From Phoronis australis (lineage: Eukaryota; Animalia; Phoronida), in NCBI GenBank assembly GCA_002633005.1, contig NMRA01000170.1, forward strand, positions 62,001-126,000: 64,000 nt of DNA, read 5' to 3'. A model generated the notes under the pieces. That model worked only from the letters and a program-made list of their open reading frames with translations, was not told the origin of the DNA and did not search any database. The position numbers and the translations under genes are program-made. Each line of letters begins with the position of its first letter. The first letter of the stretch is position 1. This document shows positions 12,001 to 24,300 of the stretch, in pieces.

Positions 12001-15000
12001 ATGAAACCTACTGTGGCTGAAACAGAAGGATCGACTGCTACTATGAAACCTACTGTTGCAGAAACAGAAGGTTCGACTGTTACTATGAAACCTACTGTGG
12101 CTGAAACAGAAGGATCGACTGCTACTATGAAACCTACTATGGCTGAAACAGAAGGTTCGACTGCTACTATGAAACCTACTGTTGCAGAAACAGAAGGTTC
12201 GACTGTTACTATGAAACCTACTGTGGCTGAAACAGAAGGATCGACTGCTACTATGAAACCTACTGTTGCAGAAACAGAAGGTTCGACTGTTACTATGAAA
12301 CCTACTGTGGCTGAAACAGAAGGATCGACTGCTACTATGAAACCTACTGTTGCAGAAACAGAAGGTTCGACTGTTACTATGAAACCTACTGTGGCTGAAA
12401 CAGAAGGATCGACTGCTACTATGAAACCTACTGTTGCAGAAACAGAAGGTTCGACTGTTACTATGAAACCTACTGTGGCTGAAACAGAAGGATCGACTGC
12501 TACTATGAAACCTACTNNNNNNNNNNNNNNNNNNNNNNNNNNNNNNNNNNNNNNNNNNNNNNNNNNNNNNNNNNNNNNNNNNNNNNNNNNNNNNNNNNNN
12601 NNNNNNNNNNNNNNNNNNNNNNNNNNNNNNNNNNNNNNNNNNNNNNNNNNNNNNNNNNNNNNNNNNNNNNNNNNNNNNNNNNNNNNNNNNNNNNNNNNNN
12701 NNNNNNNNNNNNNNNNNNNNNNNNNNNNNNNNNNNNNNNNNNNNNNNNNNNNNNNNNNNNNNNNNNNNNNNNNNNNNNNNNNNNNNNNNNNNNNNNNNNN
12801 NNNNNNNNNNNNNNNNNNNNNNNNNNNNNNNNNNNNNNNNNNNNNNNNNNNNNNNNNNNNNNNNNNNNNNNNNNNNNNNNNNNNNNNNNNNNNNNNNNNN
12901 NNNNNNNNNNNNNNNNNNNNNNNNNNNNNNNNNNNNNNNNNNNNNNNNNNNNNNNNNNNNNNNNNNNNNNNNNNNNNNNNNNNNNNNNNNNNNNNNNNNN
13001 NNNNNNNNNNNNNNNNNNNNNNNNNNNNNNNNNNNNNNNNNNNNNNNNNNNNNNNNNNNNNNNNNNNNNNNNNNNNNNNNNNNNNNNNNNNNNNNNNNNN
13101 NNNNNNNNNNNNNNNNNNNNNNNNNNNNNNNNNNNNNNNNNNNNNNNNNNNNNNNNNNNNNNNNNNNNNNNNNNNNNNNNNNNNNNNNNNNNNNNNNNNN
13201 NNNNNNNNNNNNNNNNNNNNNNNNNNNNNNNNNNNNNNNNNNNNNNNNNNNNNNNNNNNNNNNNNNNNNNNNNNNNNNNNNNNNNNNNNNNNNNNNNNNN
13301 NNNNNNNNNNNNNNNNNNNNNNNNNNNNNNNNNNNNNNNNNNNNNNNNNNNNNNNNNNNNNNNNNNNNNNNNNNNNNNNNTCTATCTCATTCAGTAATGG
13401 TGCGGTGTGCACAGATTGTCAATCATCTCAGTGACGTGTCTCATCAATTGTTCTGATAACTTATTTTGTATAATTGTTTTTGCTTTATAATACTGAGCTG
13501 GTTTTTTACGTAAAACAAAACAAATGTGAGCTACGCACATCTGCAAGACCCCGAACCCTTTCAGTCTGCTTCACTTTCACTAATTGTGTATATTAATAAA
13601 TTAATGAAGTTGTACCAATTCAATTACTAAGTACATTTGTTGACTCGATTGTTCTAGCTGAATGAGGCCTTCCGGTCACTGGGTGCATTCCTTGCAGTGC
13701 AGATTCTTTCTTTTGGGTAAGTTTGATTGAGCGGTGTCTGAAGTTTGAACATAAGTACAATGTGCTGTGGTGTTAGTGGACTTAAATGGAAATTTGTTTT
13801 CATATCAACATATACCTGTGCTAGCTCGCAGGTGTGGCGCCGTGGCGTGTGTGTGAGGCAGGATGGGGTGTGGTGGCAAATAAAATTTGATCAATCCATG
13901 TTATTGGTACTGTTGCTTTGCTATCAATGTACAAGTTTCTTTTTTGCTAAATTGCACTAAATATGTGTGGTCACTTGACCCAATTTATGGCATGCTGGGA
14001 AATAAATTATGATGTTAAAGTGTTTCCACATGCTTTCTACTCTTAAAAAATTAATGCTTTTACTGACTCAGAGTTAAAATCTATTAGGTGCAGGAAAGTA
14101 TGGAACTTTTCAAGTGCAAAAGGTAATGAGTGGGAATTCCCTTTTTAAAATGAAAAGTGCTTTATAATTTCATAAATATTTGGCTAAATATGCAGGCTTG
14201 CCAATAAGGACCTAAGCTTATGGAGTGAAAAGATAAATGTCTAATGTAGAGAAATTCAAGAAAGCAACTATAATGTTTGGTCAGTTATTTACTCATTCAA
14301 TTTGCTGGTTTGTGTAATTTGCAAAACAAACACTGACACTAATTAAGTAGAAATTATACTAATTTTATAAAATGTGCATGTACTGTTCAGATTTCAAGAA
14401 CGTAACAGAAACATTCACCTATCAAATGTAGCATGGTACGGAAATTCTCCACTTATTTTGCACAAAATTGCCAAAATTAACATCTTTCCATTTTTCACAG
14501 GTTGATTATGCAAATTATGGAAAAATTACCATAAATGTTGTTTTAGTGTCTACACAGTGAAAACCACGCTATTGGTAGACTAAATTTTCTTCTCTTTTGT
14601 GTGACGAAATTTGACAATAGAATAGAATTTCGGTTGTCGGCCATATTGTTTGCAAAATAAAATGAATAATTACCTTACACAGTGGAATCTCATCTGTTGC
14701 ATTGTCGAGCCCGTATCATGTTAGGAACAATATCCATTCCAGCCCTGGTAGTGTCACCGTAGACTACCTTGCGGTAGCCAAACCAGAGCAAACTCTAACT
14801 CCTTCTCAACTGGATGGTGCGCTCAACAACGCTCTGAATAGCACTGGGGGTACAACAAAGTTGGGTAATCAACAAATTGATCCTGCCTACACTGATTTTA
14901 AGTCTGCAAGTACCCGTAAGTACCCGTCAATAAATGGTGCTTTGTTAATATTTGTAATTTTCTTAATTTTGATTTTCATCAATAATTCTTTTTAATAGGT

Positions 15001-16880
15001 AAATGCTTTTCAGCCTAAATTACTTTGTGTGTAAATGTATAAGAAGAATGCCCTTGAGTGTAGTAATTGTTGAATATTGAATGTCTAAGCCATTCACTGC
15101 AAAAATATTGATAAGTGTTTGACGTTCTTTAATGATACTGTGATAACTAGAAGTTGTGTACGGTGTTTGCATTGAGCATTTACAGTTTGTTAACTCCGTA
15201 ATTATAGTGCTAAACACCGTAATATAGATTGAGTTGTTCTATTATGAACTTTATGGTACACTTCCTTTGATGGTGTGATGCCAACCCATTCCTGGAAAAC
15301 ATGGCGGAACATCGTGGAAACGCAATGTGAGCGTTGACTACGGTTTTGTGTCATATGACAATTTTGTACTTCTGCCACTAAGCTCAGTTGGACTATTAGT
15401 GAGTGAATTGACTGCAGCAAATTGTTAAATCAATGTTTGATGTTCTTATAATATGTAATAAATTGTTATTTGTAGAGACAGGACTGCCAACTTTGGACTA
15501 CTGTGATGAAGGACTCAATGACTGTAGTGGATATGCCATCTGTTTGTCCAAGTCCAATGGTTACACATGTTCATGTAAACGAGGCTACACTGGAGATGGA
15601 GTCAAATGTGACTGTATGTTTCATTCATTTAATTACTGCTGCCATTAAAGTTCAGAACGAGAGTTGTCATTATTGAAGTAATACAGCTTGATGTCTCAAT
15701 ACAATGTTAGTCAGAATTTTTTTACTATGACGTTAAGTAATTAAGATTGTTCATAGAAACTGGTCTCTCTCTTAATAGATTTTCACAAGAGCTGTGAATA
15801 CCATGAACCGTTGATATCACAAACTCCGGTCTGTGTTCCTCCTGTGTAGAGCAGAGTAACTACTATGCTATCAATGACTTCACAGCAATTTAAAACACTG
15901 GATGAAATAACTCAGTCTGAAATCTAGTGTGCCAGTGGTGATGTCACACAAAAGACTGGAAATGGATTACAATAGACTAGATTGGGGTCTGGATCAATTG
16001 TAAACCTCTGTTGTGTGGAGTTGACGCTAAACAAGAGATATTTGATCTATAGGAAGACAGTCCTAAATAGTCACTCTTTCACTATGGCACATCGCATTCA
16101 TTCCTTTTATTTAACTGTTTCAGTGGTTCAGTCTGACCCCATGCTACCCATCATTGTGACCGGGTGTGTGGCTGGAGTCTTACTTCTCACAATACTCATG
16201 GCTGCTTTACTCTGTAACATCAAGTGAGTCCCTCTCATTTATCTAATTGTTCCTACTCGCAGCTCTCACTAAGTTGACAAAGCCAGTAAAAAAGTGCTTC
16301 GCACATTTTTGCAGAATAGCAACCATGCAACAATCATCTTGTCGGTGTACAGGGAGATCAGCCTGAATGTGACGTTCTGCTTGTCTATCCAGTTCCAATT
16401 TTTTTGGACTAGACGGGGTGAATTGATGAAGAGTATGTCCAGGGGACATAATTTCCTGGATCAACAGAATCATTCTGTAGTTATTTGTTTTATTGCCAAT
16501 CATTTGAATGTCCATCCCACTGGACAATGGGCGATGTGACGCCAAGACAAATTCGAAAATAAAATGTAGAATTTGGCTGGTTTAAGTTGCATTGCCATCA
16601 GTTGTGTGGTGCTCAACATGGCTTGTTTTTATGGTTTTTGGCAGAGAATAGTGTGAAGTAACTGTGACAGCTGTAACTCACTCAGTGCAAAACTTTTATT
16701 TTCCGTAGGAGAAAAAGCCAACGTAAGCATTCTCGTCGCCTCAGGGATCGTCACTTTGCTGAGCCACCAGCCTACTTGAACTCCGGCTACTATGATCACA
16801 TCAGTTTGGATGCACCCTTCAGACAGCCCACCTATCAGTCATTGAAGAAATCAAGCGCTATGCGCGATAACATGATGTCT
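1..16880 (+). CDS. Large multidomain type-I membrane protein, Uninflatable/SVEP1-like (EGF, LamG/pentraxin, HYR, sushi, GCC2/GCC3, mucin, SEA, TM); 5' part lies outside the window, last exon uncertain
   Basis: Phase-compatible GT-AG exons: <1-16, 256-389, 1467-1721 (EGF); 2148-2316, 3158-3343, 3851-4158 (LamG/pentraxin [17 protein letters not shown], plus EGF); 4644-4784, 5464-5559 ([20 protein letters not shown]); 5843-6052 (sushi); 6514-6651, 7548-7662 (KRRRRS), 8119-8285; 8567-8740, 9703-9864, 10325-10483 (CPAGTY-type repeats); 10807-10986, 11393-11602 (sushi); 11840-gap (mucin); 13658-13716, 14743-14915 ([13 protein letters not shown]); 15476-15613 (EGF); 16124-16223 (TM); 16709-16880 (tail). 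Sequence is missing in the N gap. Confidence 0.9.
817..858. repeat. (ATT)n microsatellite
   Basis: About 14 ATT units with one ATC interruption; intronic. Confidence 0.95.
2475..2520 (-). mobile_element. tRNA-derived SINE fragment
   Basis: Minus strand contains a Pol III B-box (GGGTTCGAGTCTC) in a tRNA-like T-arm context; no complete cloverleaf. Confidence 0.45.
6810..6977. mobile_element. Palindromic MITE-like element (long imperfect inverted repeat)
   Basis: 6850-6875 atcctcaaaagcaaaaacagtggcca pairs with 6903-6927; outer arms 6810-6841 and 6946-6977 are also complementary. Confidence 0.7.
8451..8530 (-). mobile_element. tRNA-derived SINE head
   Basis: Minus strand has an A-box-like TGGTCTAATGG and a degenerate B-box GGGTCCAAACC at tRNA-like spacing; acceptor stem is not intact. 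Confidence 0.55.
9255..9407. repeat. 13-bp tandem minisatellite (GTATATTCAAGTT) x ~11.8
   Basis: Perfect head-to-tail copies with no spacers; intronic. Confidence 0.97.
10244..10347 (+). repeat. 52-bp direct tandem duplication spanning a splice acceptor
   Basis: 10244-10295 and 10296-10347 differ at one base; each contains ttcatttcag|ACTGCCCACTGGG. Confidence 0.95.
11866..12516 (+). repeat. Coding 42-bp VNTR (14-aa mucin-like unit T[A/V]TMKPT[V/M]AETEGS) x >=15.5
   Basis: In-frame Thr/Ser/Pro-rich repeat after the acceptor at 11839; runs into the N gap. Confidence 0.97.
12517..13380. other. Assembly gap (864 N)
   Basis: Run of n; must hide the end of the mucin exon and the N-terminal part of the SEA domain. 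Confidence 1.
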
Positions 16881-17815
16881 GTGAGTATGGGACCTAGGAT
16901 ACTAGCTAAACTGAACTCAATGACTAATTAAAAATGCATTAATCTGTTGGAGAAATGTTTTCCAAGCTATATCCTATATTAGGTTATGGTTATCTACATT
17001 GTTGATTCTAATACTATTTCTACCAATTTCGGACAAAAATATCTTTTTTACTTGCCTGTTTTGGCATTTTTACGAGCTTTTAACGATGTTGTGAATTTAT
17101 GAATACCTCTATCTCTTCAAAATATTGTTTCACATTAGCCAAGATGGTGTAGAACTGGATGATAATAAATCATGCTATTACAATAAAATGTGAAAATAAA
17201 TTCTGCTTATACTCCTCATTGTGTCCTAAACTCTGGTAAATTTTCATCAAACAGGTGATTCTGAAGTTTTGCAGAACTGTAACGGTTCTCATACAAAATT
17301 GAAAACTCGGAAAGAGTTGTACATGGCGTCTGAGCCATAGAGGTACCAGCCATACAATGCCTGGCACAGATAGTTTTAGCTTTAACATATTGAATAATAA
17401 CGTATTCAATGAATTCTAACAAGACATTATTACCATGATGACTAGTAGTTTTACTGTCAAGTTATGTAGGACTCTAGAAAACATCAAAATGTGACCAACT
17501 TTGGCAAATCATATCTCAAAAATGGCCAATTAGATTCGTGTTTAACTTTCAGACACCGTGCTTGATGCACTTTTCCAAAACTGTGTCAGGAATTGCTTTC
17601 AAGGTGTTCGTCTTTTGCATGTGGGGCTATAATTTTTCAAGAATTTTATGTAAAAAAATTGAAAGTATCAACAACTAAAACCAAATGGTGTCTTAGAAAA
17701 CTGTATCAGCGTTTTTGAGATTTCATTTTAAATATTTATATCAAATAAAATTTTGTCATGTTACTGATACCGTTGTCTGTGATAGCACCTGTTTCTTTCT
17801 TGTTAAATTTTACAG

Positions 17816-17932
17816 AAAACACACTGTCATGTGACCCAGTTATTGACAGATTTGTATGAACTTAAAAAGCAAAGTCTACAGGGCTTCTACTCAGTTCAGA
17901 AATACATACCTTTACTGAGTAAAAGTCTATAG
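17816..17932 (+). CDS. Candidate terminal coding exon of the membrane-protein gene (KTHCHV...LLSKSL*)
   Basis: Strong polypyrimidine acceptor (tttctttcttgttaaattttacag); open for 38 codons in phase 0 after the 16880 donor. Other candidates exist at 17139 and 19796. Confidence 0.4.
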   Translation, partial: KTHCHVTQLLTDLYELKKQSLQGFYSVQKYIPLLSKSL

Positions 17933-20900
17933 TTATTTAAATTCTGTACTTTGCTAAATGCACATATTTGTGGATAAGGTACTAGTAAAATTACTGTAAT
18001 TATGAGTGAACATTTTTGGTTTGTTTCATATGTAACGATTTCTAGTATTTTGTTATCCGGTTTATTGCCGGTTATTGCTATTATTAGTATTGAAGCCTCG
18101 GTCACAAACACACTTGTGAGTGGCTTCAAACACTGTGCTTGATTTTTGGACCATTTCTCAGTTACATGCATTTTAAGGTGGCAAACGAGAATCCGATGTC
18201 TGTAAGCCATTCTTAAATTTGTAGTCAAGTCAATGGTTTTGTCCATGATTTTTATGAACGCCTCAGTACAAAATTCCATCATCTCGAGACAAAGAATTTT
18301 TTAGAGCAGGTGGCAGCCATTTATGTACCATGACAACATACTGTTCTCTTTAATGTATACTTCTGATGGCTTAGAGGTCATTACGCAAATAAAGGCACCT
18401 GCTATTCGGATACAAAATACCTTTTGACGTCTGATGAACGTGTGCTAGATAAGTGGTACTTATTGCCTTTTGGTTTTTATCTTTCAGAATCCCAGCCCTC
18501 GCATTTAATGCTGTGTGGTCTTAGTGGAGATTATATGAAGGCTCTATGGCCTTTGTGGAGATGAAAAAATCAAATGAAGGTTTTGTCGTTTAGAATGTAA
18601 TGCTATACTAACATATTACACTTTTAGTTGACTATTTATCATTAACATCCTATACAGCAGTGTAACCTATTCTTCTTGTTTGTGGCATGAACATGTACAC
18701 AGGAACACTTTCCTTTGTTTTTTACCAGTTTTGTTCATATAATGTCAAAAGATGTCCATTACAATTAAATGAAAATTGCAGTCTGTGTGTAAAATGTTTT
18801 TTCTTATCAGGTTTTTGGAGTTCATAAAAATGACGTTCATTTCTGAGAACTTGTGGCTGCCATTTTATTGGTGCCTCACTGGGATTTCTTCTGTTCATTA
18901 CTGTAATTGTTCTGTTTCGAAATCATTGTTGTTCACAGGTCTGGCAATGTTTGTCTTTTAAGTCAGCATTAATTTTCTCTTGCAGCATTGAAAATGTTTG
19001 TAACTAAGTCCTAATGGAGTTTTGCCTCGGCCTTGTAATGCTTGTGTAATACGGGTGGTTCCTTGTGTATAATTCTGTGATATTCGGCCATTTTTTATAC
19101 AGCCATTATGATTTTGCGAACTCGTCATAGATATGTTGATGCAATTGCGAAACTTTTCGTGCCATAAATGCATTCCATTTTATTCAAATGTCTATATATT
19201 CAAAGTGCCTGTGTTTTTGCACTGTCCTGATAGTTTTGTCAATCAAGGGTTTATAAAGCAATTATTCCTGGTCTAAGAATCGGGTCATAATTAAAGTGTC
19301 ATAATGCTGCCTTTACAAATATGCTTAATATATGCTTGTAGAATTTTGTTGAACCTGGTGTCTCATTGTCTTGGGGTTAATGGGTTGGGTTACTGAAAAA
19401 GGGCGTTTTCTACTGAAATTCTTGGTTTTCCCCAATCATTTTTATCTGAGGTTGGAAGCAGGCACCTGTGATCTCTTTCAAATTACACTAGAAAGCAAGT
19501 CTCAATTGCATTTTCTTAATGAAATTATGCAGAGGCATATCCATATTTGATATACTGATACGTGGTCTGTCACGGAAAAAGGTTTTCATATATGAAAGCA
19601 ATATTTGTATGAAATTAATTCAGAAATAAATGATCTCATGTCCAAACAGAAGAAAAAAGAGTAAAAAGACCGACCAACACAAAGGAAAAAGCTATTTAAT
19701 GAACGTGGCGTACAAAGTTCAAATATTTTTAGTTTTTAAACTTCAAATGCTATTCAAGTGGGTAAATAAGTGTTATTGCTTCTCAAATTCTTTAGATTTT
19801 GGAAATTCTGGCTGCCCTGCAGTTGTGGCTCCTCAACCAGGTGGTTATGGTGTTAGTGTGGAAACATTCCAAGTGGTGGCGTGATTGTGAAAGTGTTCCC
19901 CAGGTCCAATTCAATTGATGCTGTATTGAAAATGACAGGAACACAAATCGTGTCACCATTAATTGTTTGTTTACATAAGTTGCACCATGATAGATAACAT
20001 TTGAATGATTGTATTGGTCTGATTTTTTATTAATAAAGCACTTTATACAGACTTAAATGTTTTTATGACCCATGTATACTGGGCCTTAAAGTAAAGTAGA
20101 TTTGGCGATCAGCAGGGTTGGAGTACCTTTATGTTGATCACAACACAACATCTGAGTAGAGTTCAACAACGCTATTACTTTGCTAAAAAGCAAGCCTTCG
20201 CGAGATGTTGGCGTGTATTTTAAATGAGACCACCATGGTTAATGCTTGATTTTTTCTCATTGCAAAATGGCTACTGAACTCTGCCCAGCCCTTGTGGGAG
20301 GCCTACTTCTAGTCCTACTTTCAGGTATTTCAGTAAAAATTGAAAGATTCTGAAAGTTTTAACCTTCACTTTCGTCGACCAAGAAGCGTGGAGGAAAGTT
20401 TAAAATTGACAAACCAGTGTTGTGCCATCAAAGGGCATGGCGACTACAACACAAATACTCTAGGTCATATAAGGCCGAAAGACACTTCGCGTGAAATACA
20501 CATTACGGTAATTCTTCACTTATTACCACGCAATATTGCGAACAAGTGAAATTGATTTTTACAAATTTGTCAACCAAAATAAATATTAAGAAATTTTTAG
20601 TCACTTTTTAGCTTTTTTGTACTGTGTAGATATAAAATGTCATTTGGTTCTAAATTTCCGTAATTTGCAGGAATAGAAAAATGACCATTTTTGGGCGAAA
20701 TAACTGAAGAATTAGAACGCAGTAAATGCACAAAAATTGTTCACAGACAGCAATGACTTAGGCACTTATTTACTTACGTACAGTAATTCCTACACTAACA
20801 TGATTTTCGATGGCATTTCTTACAAAGGTCCGCCGTGCGGACCCTAGTTGATACAAAAGCCGACCCGTCAGACTTAAGACTACACGTACGAGTCGGATTT

Positions 20901-21319
20901 TGCGACTTGGCTGGGTTCCGACTATTGCGGTTTTTAGGTCAAAATATAGTACAGAAATGGACCGTTCGGTAAACTTTCTCACCAAAAATCAGACAATATT
21001 ATTCCATTCTACCATGGTTTGTGTTGTACAGGTGTCGTGAAACAACATTAATTGCACAGAACCCGAGTGGGTTTGTTGGAGCAAATTTGTTATTATCTAT
21101 TTAATGTGGATGGTCGTTCTACTGGAATCGTATATTAATAACAATCGTTGGACAGTCATGAAATGGTTTCCGAATTTCAATGTTACTGTCATGTTCGTAA
21201 ACCTACTGGGCATTTTGCTGGAGGACGCCAGTTCGTCGGCGCGTTGTAATGATGACCGAAAAAGCTTGATAGTGACAATAAACAATTTGTGGTCTTTGTT
21301 CATGCGATATACACTCAGG

Positions 21320-24300
21320 TTACCAAATATGGCCTGGAAACACAGCAGGTTTGCTGGCAATGATGTTTGCTAACGAGTTCATATTGCTTTTTACTCTGCA
21401 TCTAAATGCCCAAGATGACTCGTGTTGCTTGAGAACTTTTCTCGGCGGTGGCAAGTATGTCAAATCGTCTACTTCCGTAGAATTTCTCAATGTGTCGGCT
21501 TGTGATACTGGAGAGACGTTGCTGCCAGCGAAAAGTTCAAGTCTGGGTGTCTCTTCGCAACCGTTCTTTAAACTTTTAGTGGACTTGCTCCGTGTCCTGG
21601 AAGACACCGGGCCATTGTGTATACTTATGCTCGCTTTTCTTCCCTGAAAAATAAAGATCATTATTCTTCATGAGTGCTCAATGGTCCATGGCGGCAATAG
21701 GTCTAAAACGAATTACTTCAGTTCCTACCCGATACTGGCCTCCACAAAGAGAGTACAAATACCAGTCAATAATTTTTTTATTATTTTAAAATCAGACAAG
21801 TAGGCCTGTAACCCTTTTTTCTAACATATTGGTAAGAGTTAAGCTATTAATATTGAGTAGAGGGAAACCAATCTTCAAATTACCCGGGTTTCCAGAACAG
21901 ACTATTGACTAAGGCAACGAAAATTTTGAATTCCAGAAACGAAAAACGTTGAAATTTCGAATTGAAAGTTCTCTGAGTAGTTGGACACAGTGATGTAAAC
22001 AAATCCACGTCTTCACAAGAAATGGACACTCAGTGTATGTGTTCTGTATGTTTATTAATGATTTATGTATGTGACGGTTGCCTGGGAATGACAACAATAT
22101 ATAATGAAATATAAATGGCAGTGTAACCGTGCGATACTGGAATTCGTTAATGCGTGCGATACGCAGACATATTCGATAACTAACTTACAATCTGACCAAC
22201 GATACATTCAGGTTGGAAATGCCCGCAAAACACACCACTCAATAAATGTTACTGAAGAAAGGATTTATTTGAAATAAAAATGAGTTCAAGAAACGTTGAC
22301 AACAATTAAGGTTCGCTGACTTTGAAATGTTAATGAATGGATCAGTTCGGTGATCTTATCGGCGATTTACATGTAAGTTGCGCGTAGTGCAGACCATTTT
22401 GGCGAACTGCGGAGAACTGCTGTCGACTTTCCAGAATTCAGTGACGTACACATACATACAGTAAGCTAATCTTTTGGATTTATTCAGAACAAAATAATTG
22501 AGAATTGATGTTCAAAGACTGTTTTTCATCTAACGGAACTTTTTCTCAACTGTTTACCCGCATCTCGTGTATAAGTAAACATGCATACAAAGACCATAGG
22601 AACGCTTTATGTTACCGTTGATAGCACTCGACATTCAAAAAGAATGTCCTTGTGTACACACTTAAAGGTATCGTTTTATCTGAATTGAGCAAACTAAAAG
22701 CACAATAGGACTTTCTAGTGAGAGCTTTTTCTTCAAAGGGGTCTAGCTTTGTTTACATTAGGTAAATTTGCAAAACATCTTTTCAAACAATGTCGTTTTT
22801 ATTCAATTATATCAATTCTAGATTTGGGGCGATTGAAAATTGGTGTACTGAATTTATACCAACTCAACACTAAATATAAACCGTTTTTCACGCAAGTTAG
22901 TTATCTATTGGAGGCTTATCGATCGAAGGAAATCAGATTTTTTTTTTACATGTACAAAGAAACCTTAGCAGACGTATCTCGGGAACGATTATCATGTCTG
23001 TGTTCACATGTAAACAAAACCCCGTAAACTACTAATACCATCATTAAAAAGACATTTCCTCTTCACCGTTAACATGAAAATCGTGAATCGGGCTAATCAA
23101 CTCTGAGAAACTGGGAATAAAATTTCCTTTGTCACAATAGAAATTGGTTTCTTTAGTCATGAATTGATATGAAGCGACCTGATCGCGGGAAGAATAGCCA
23201 GTCAGTCGAAATTGGTAAACTTTTCTAAACCTCAAATTACCGTACTTACCAATGCGATGAATAGCCTCTCTGAGATTAAATAGCGTTCTCTGTCATGGTA
23301 CGGAAAATGTTGACACATTTTATGTGGTTATATAATTTGGCTGGCAATTTCCGTTTTTATGATCCTTTCAAGTATACAGGGGTATAGCAACGGCTCATTT
23401 TTTGTCCCCGAAATAAACAGATATGTAGATAACACATCTTAATGCGAAAAAGCTCAACCTGCAGTGACAGCGCTTTCCTGAAAACATACACATCTGTGCA
23501 GCCATGATACCGGCTTCCATGTGTAAGCCGTGTAGATTTAAGAACAACCCCACAGTAGTTCTTAATACGCTGTTGCTGAATAAGTTGTAGACAATTTGAT
23601 GGAGAGTTCTATTCAACATCACTCAGAATCTTGTTTCATACAGAATCTCTTTCAAAATTTTAATTGGTCCCAGAGGTTATGCAGACAATGTTATTGTTGA
23701 CTTTATGTTTTGAACCCTTGGATTATTTAAAATAATCTTATAGATTGTCGTCTTGATATTGTGTATAGAAAGTGTTGGTAATGATTATTATACACTTTCG
23801 TTTTGAGGCACTCTTTTCAAATCTGGCCATGGTTCAATAGTTGGGTCTACACAGGCATTTGCGTGACCTTTCCTGAGAGAGAAGAGACCACACTATCAGA
23901 AATTCCTGCACTTAAGCGTCTCTTGGTGCCTTCTTTTATCACAGTTCAATCAAGTTTAGGTGGTATTGAAGTTTGTCAACATTTTTAAATCTCACCAGTA
24001 CCTTAAAACTAATATATAACTGAAAATTTTGTAAAAATAAAAATAAAGACGAAAGTTTACCGAAGGGGGTGTTTTGATAAAAACTGATTTAACGAAAATT
24101 GTTTGAAAAAAGCCAAGCACTCAAGATCCTGGTATTAATGAAAAATGTAATTTATGAGAGTATAGGTAGTTTCTAAGTTGGAAATGGAATGATAATCTTT
24201 TTACGGCACATCATATTTTTACCTCACCGCCAAAATGGACTTCCGTTGCCAGGCTACGTTTAAGGTTCTATGATGATTTATTTTATAAAACTCATTCATA

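Noticed and set aside
11799-13412. 537-aa minus-strand ORF with [14 protein letters not shown] repeats
   Set aside because: Antisense shadow of the stop-free 42-bp repeat, extended artificially through the N gap.
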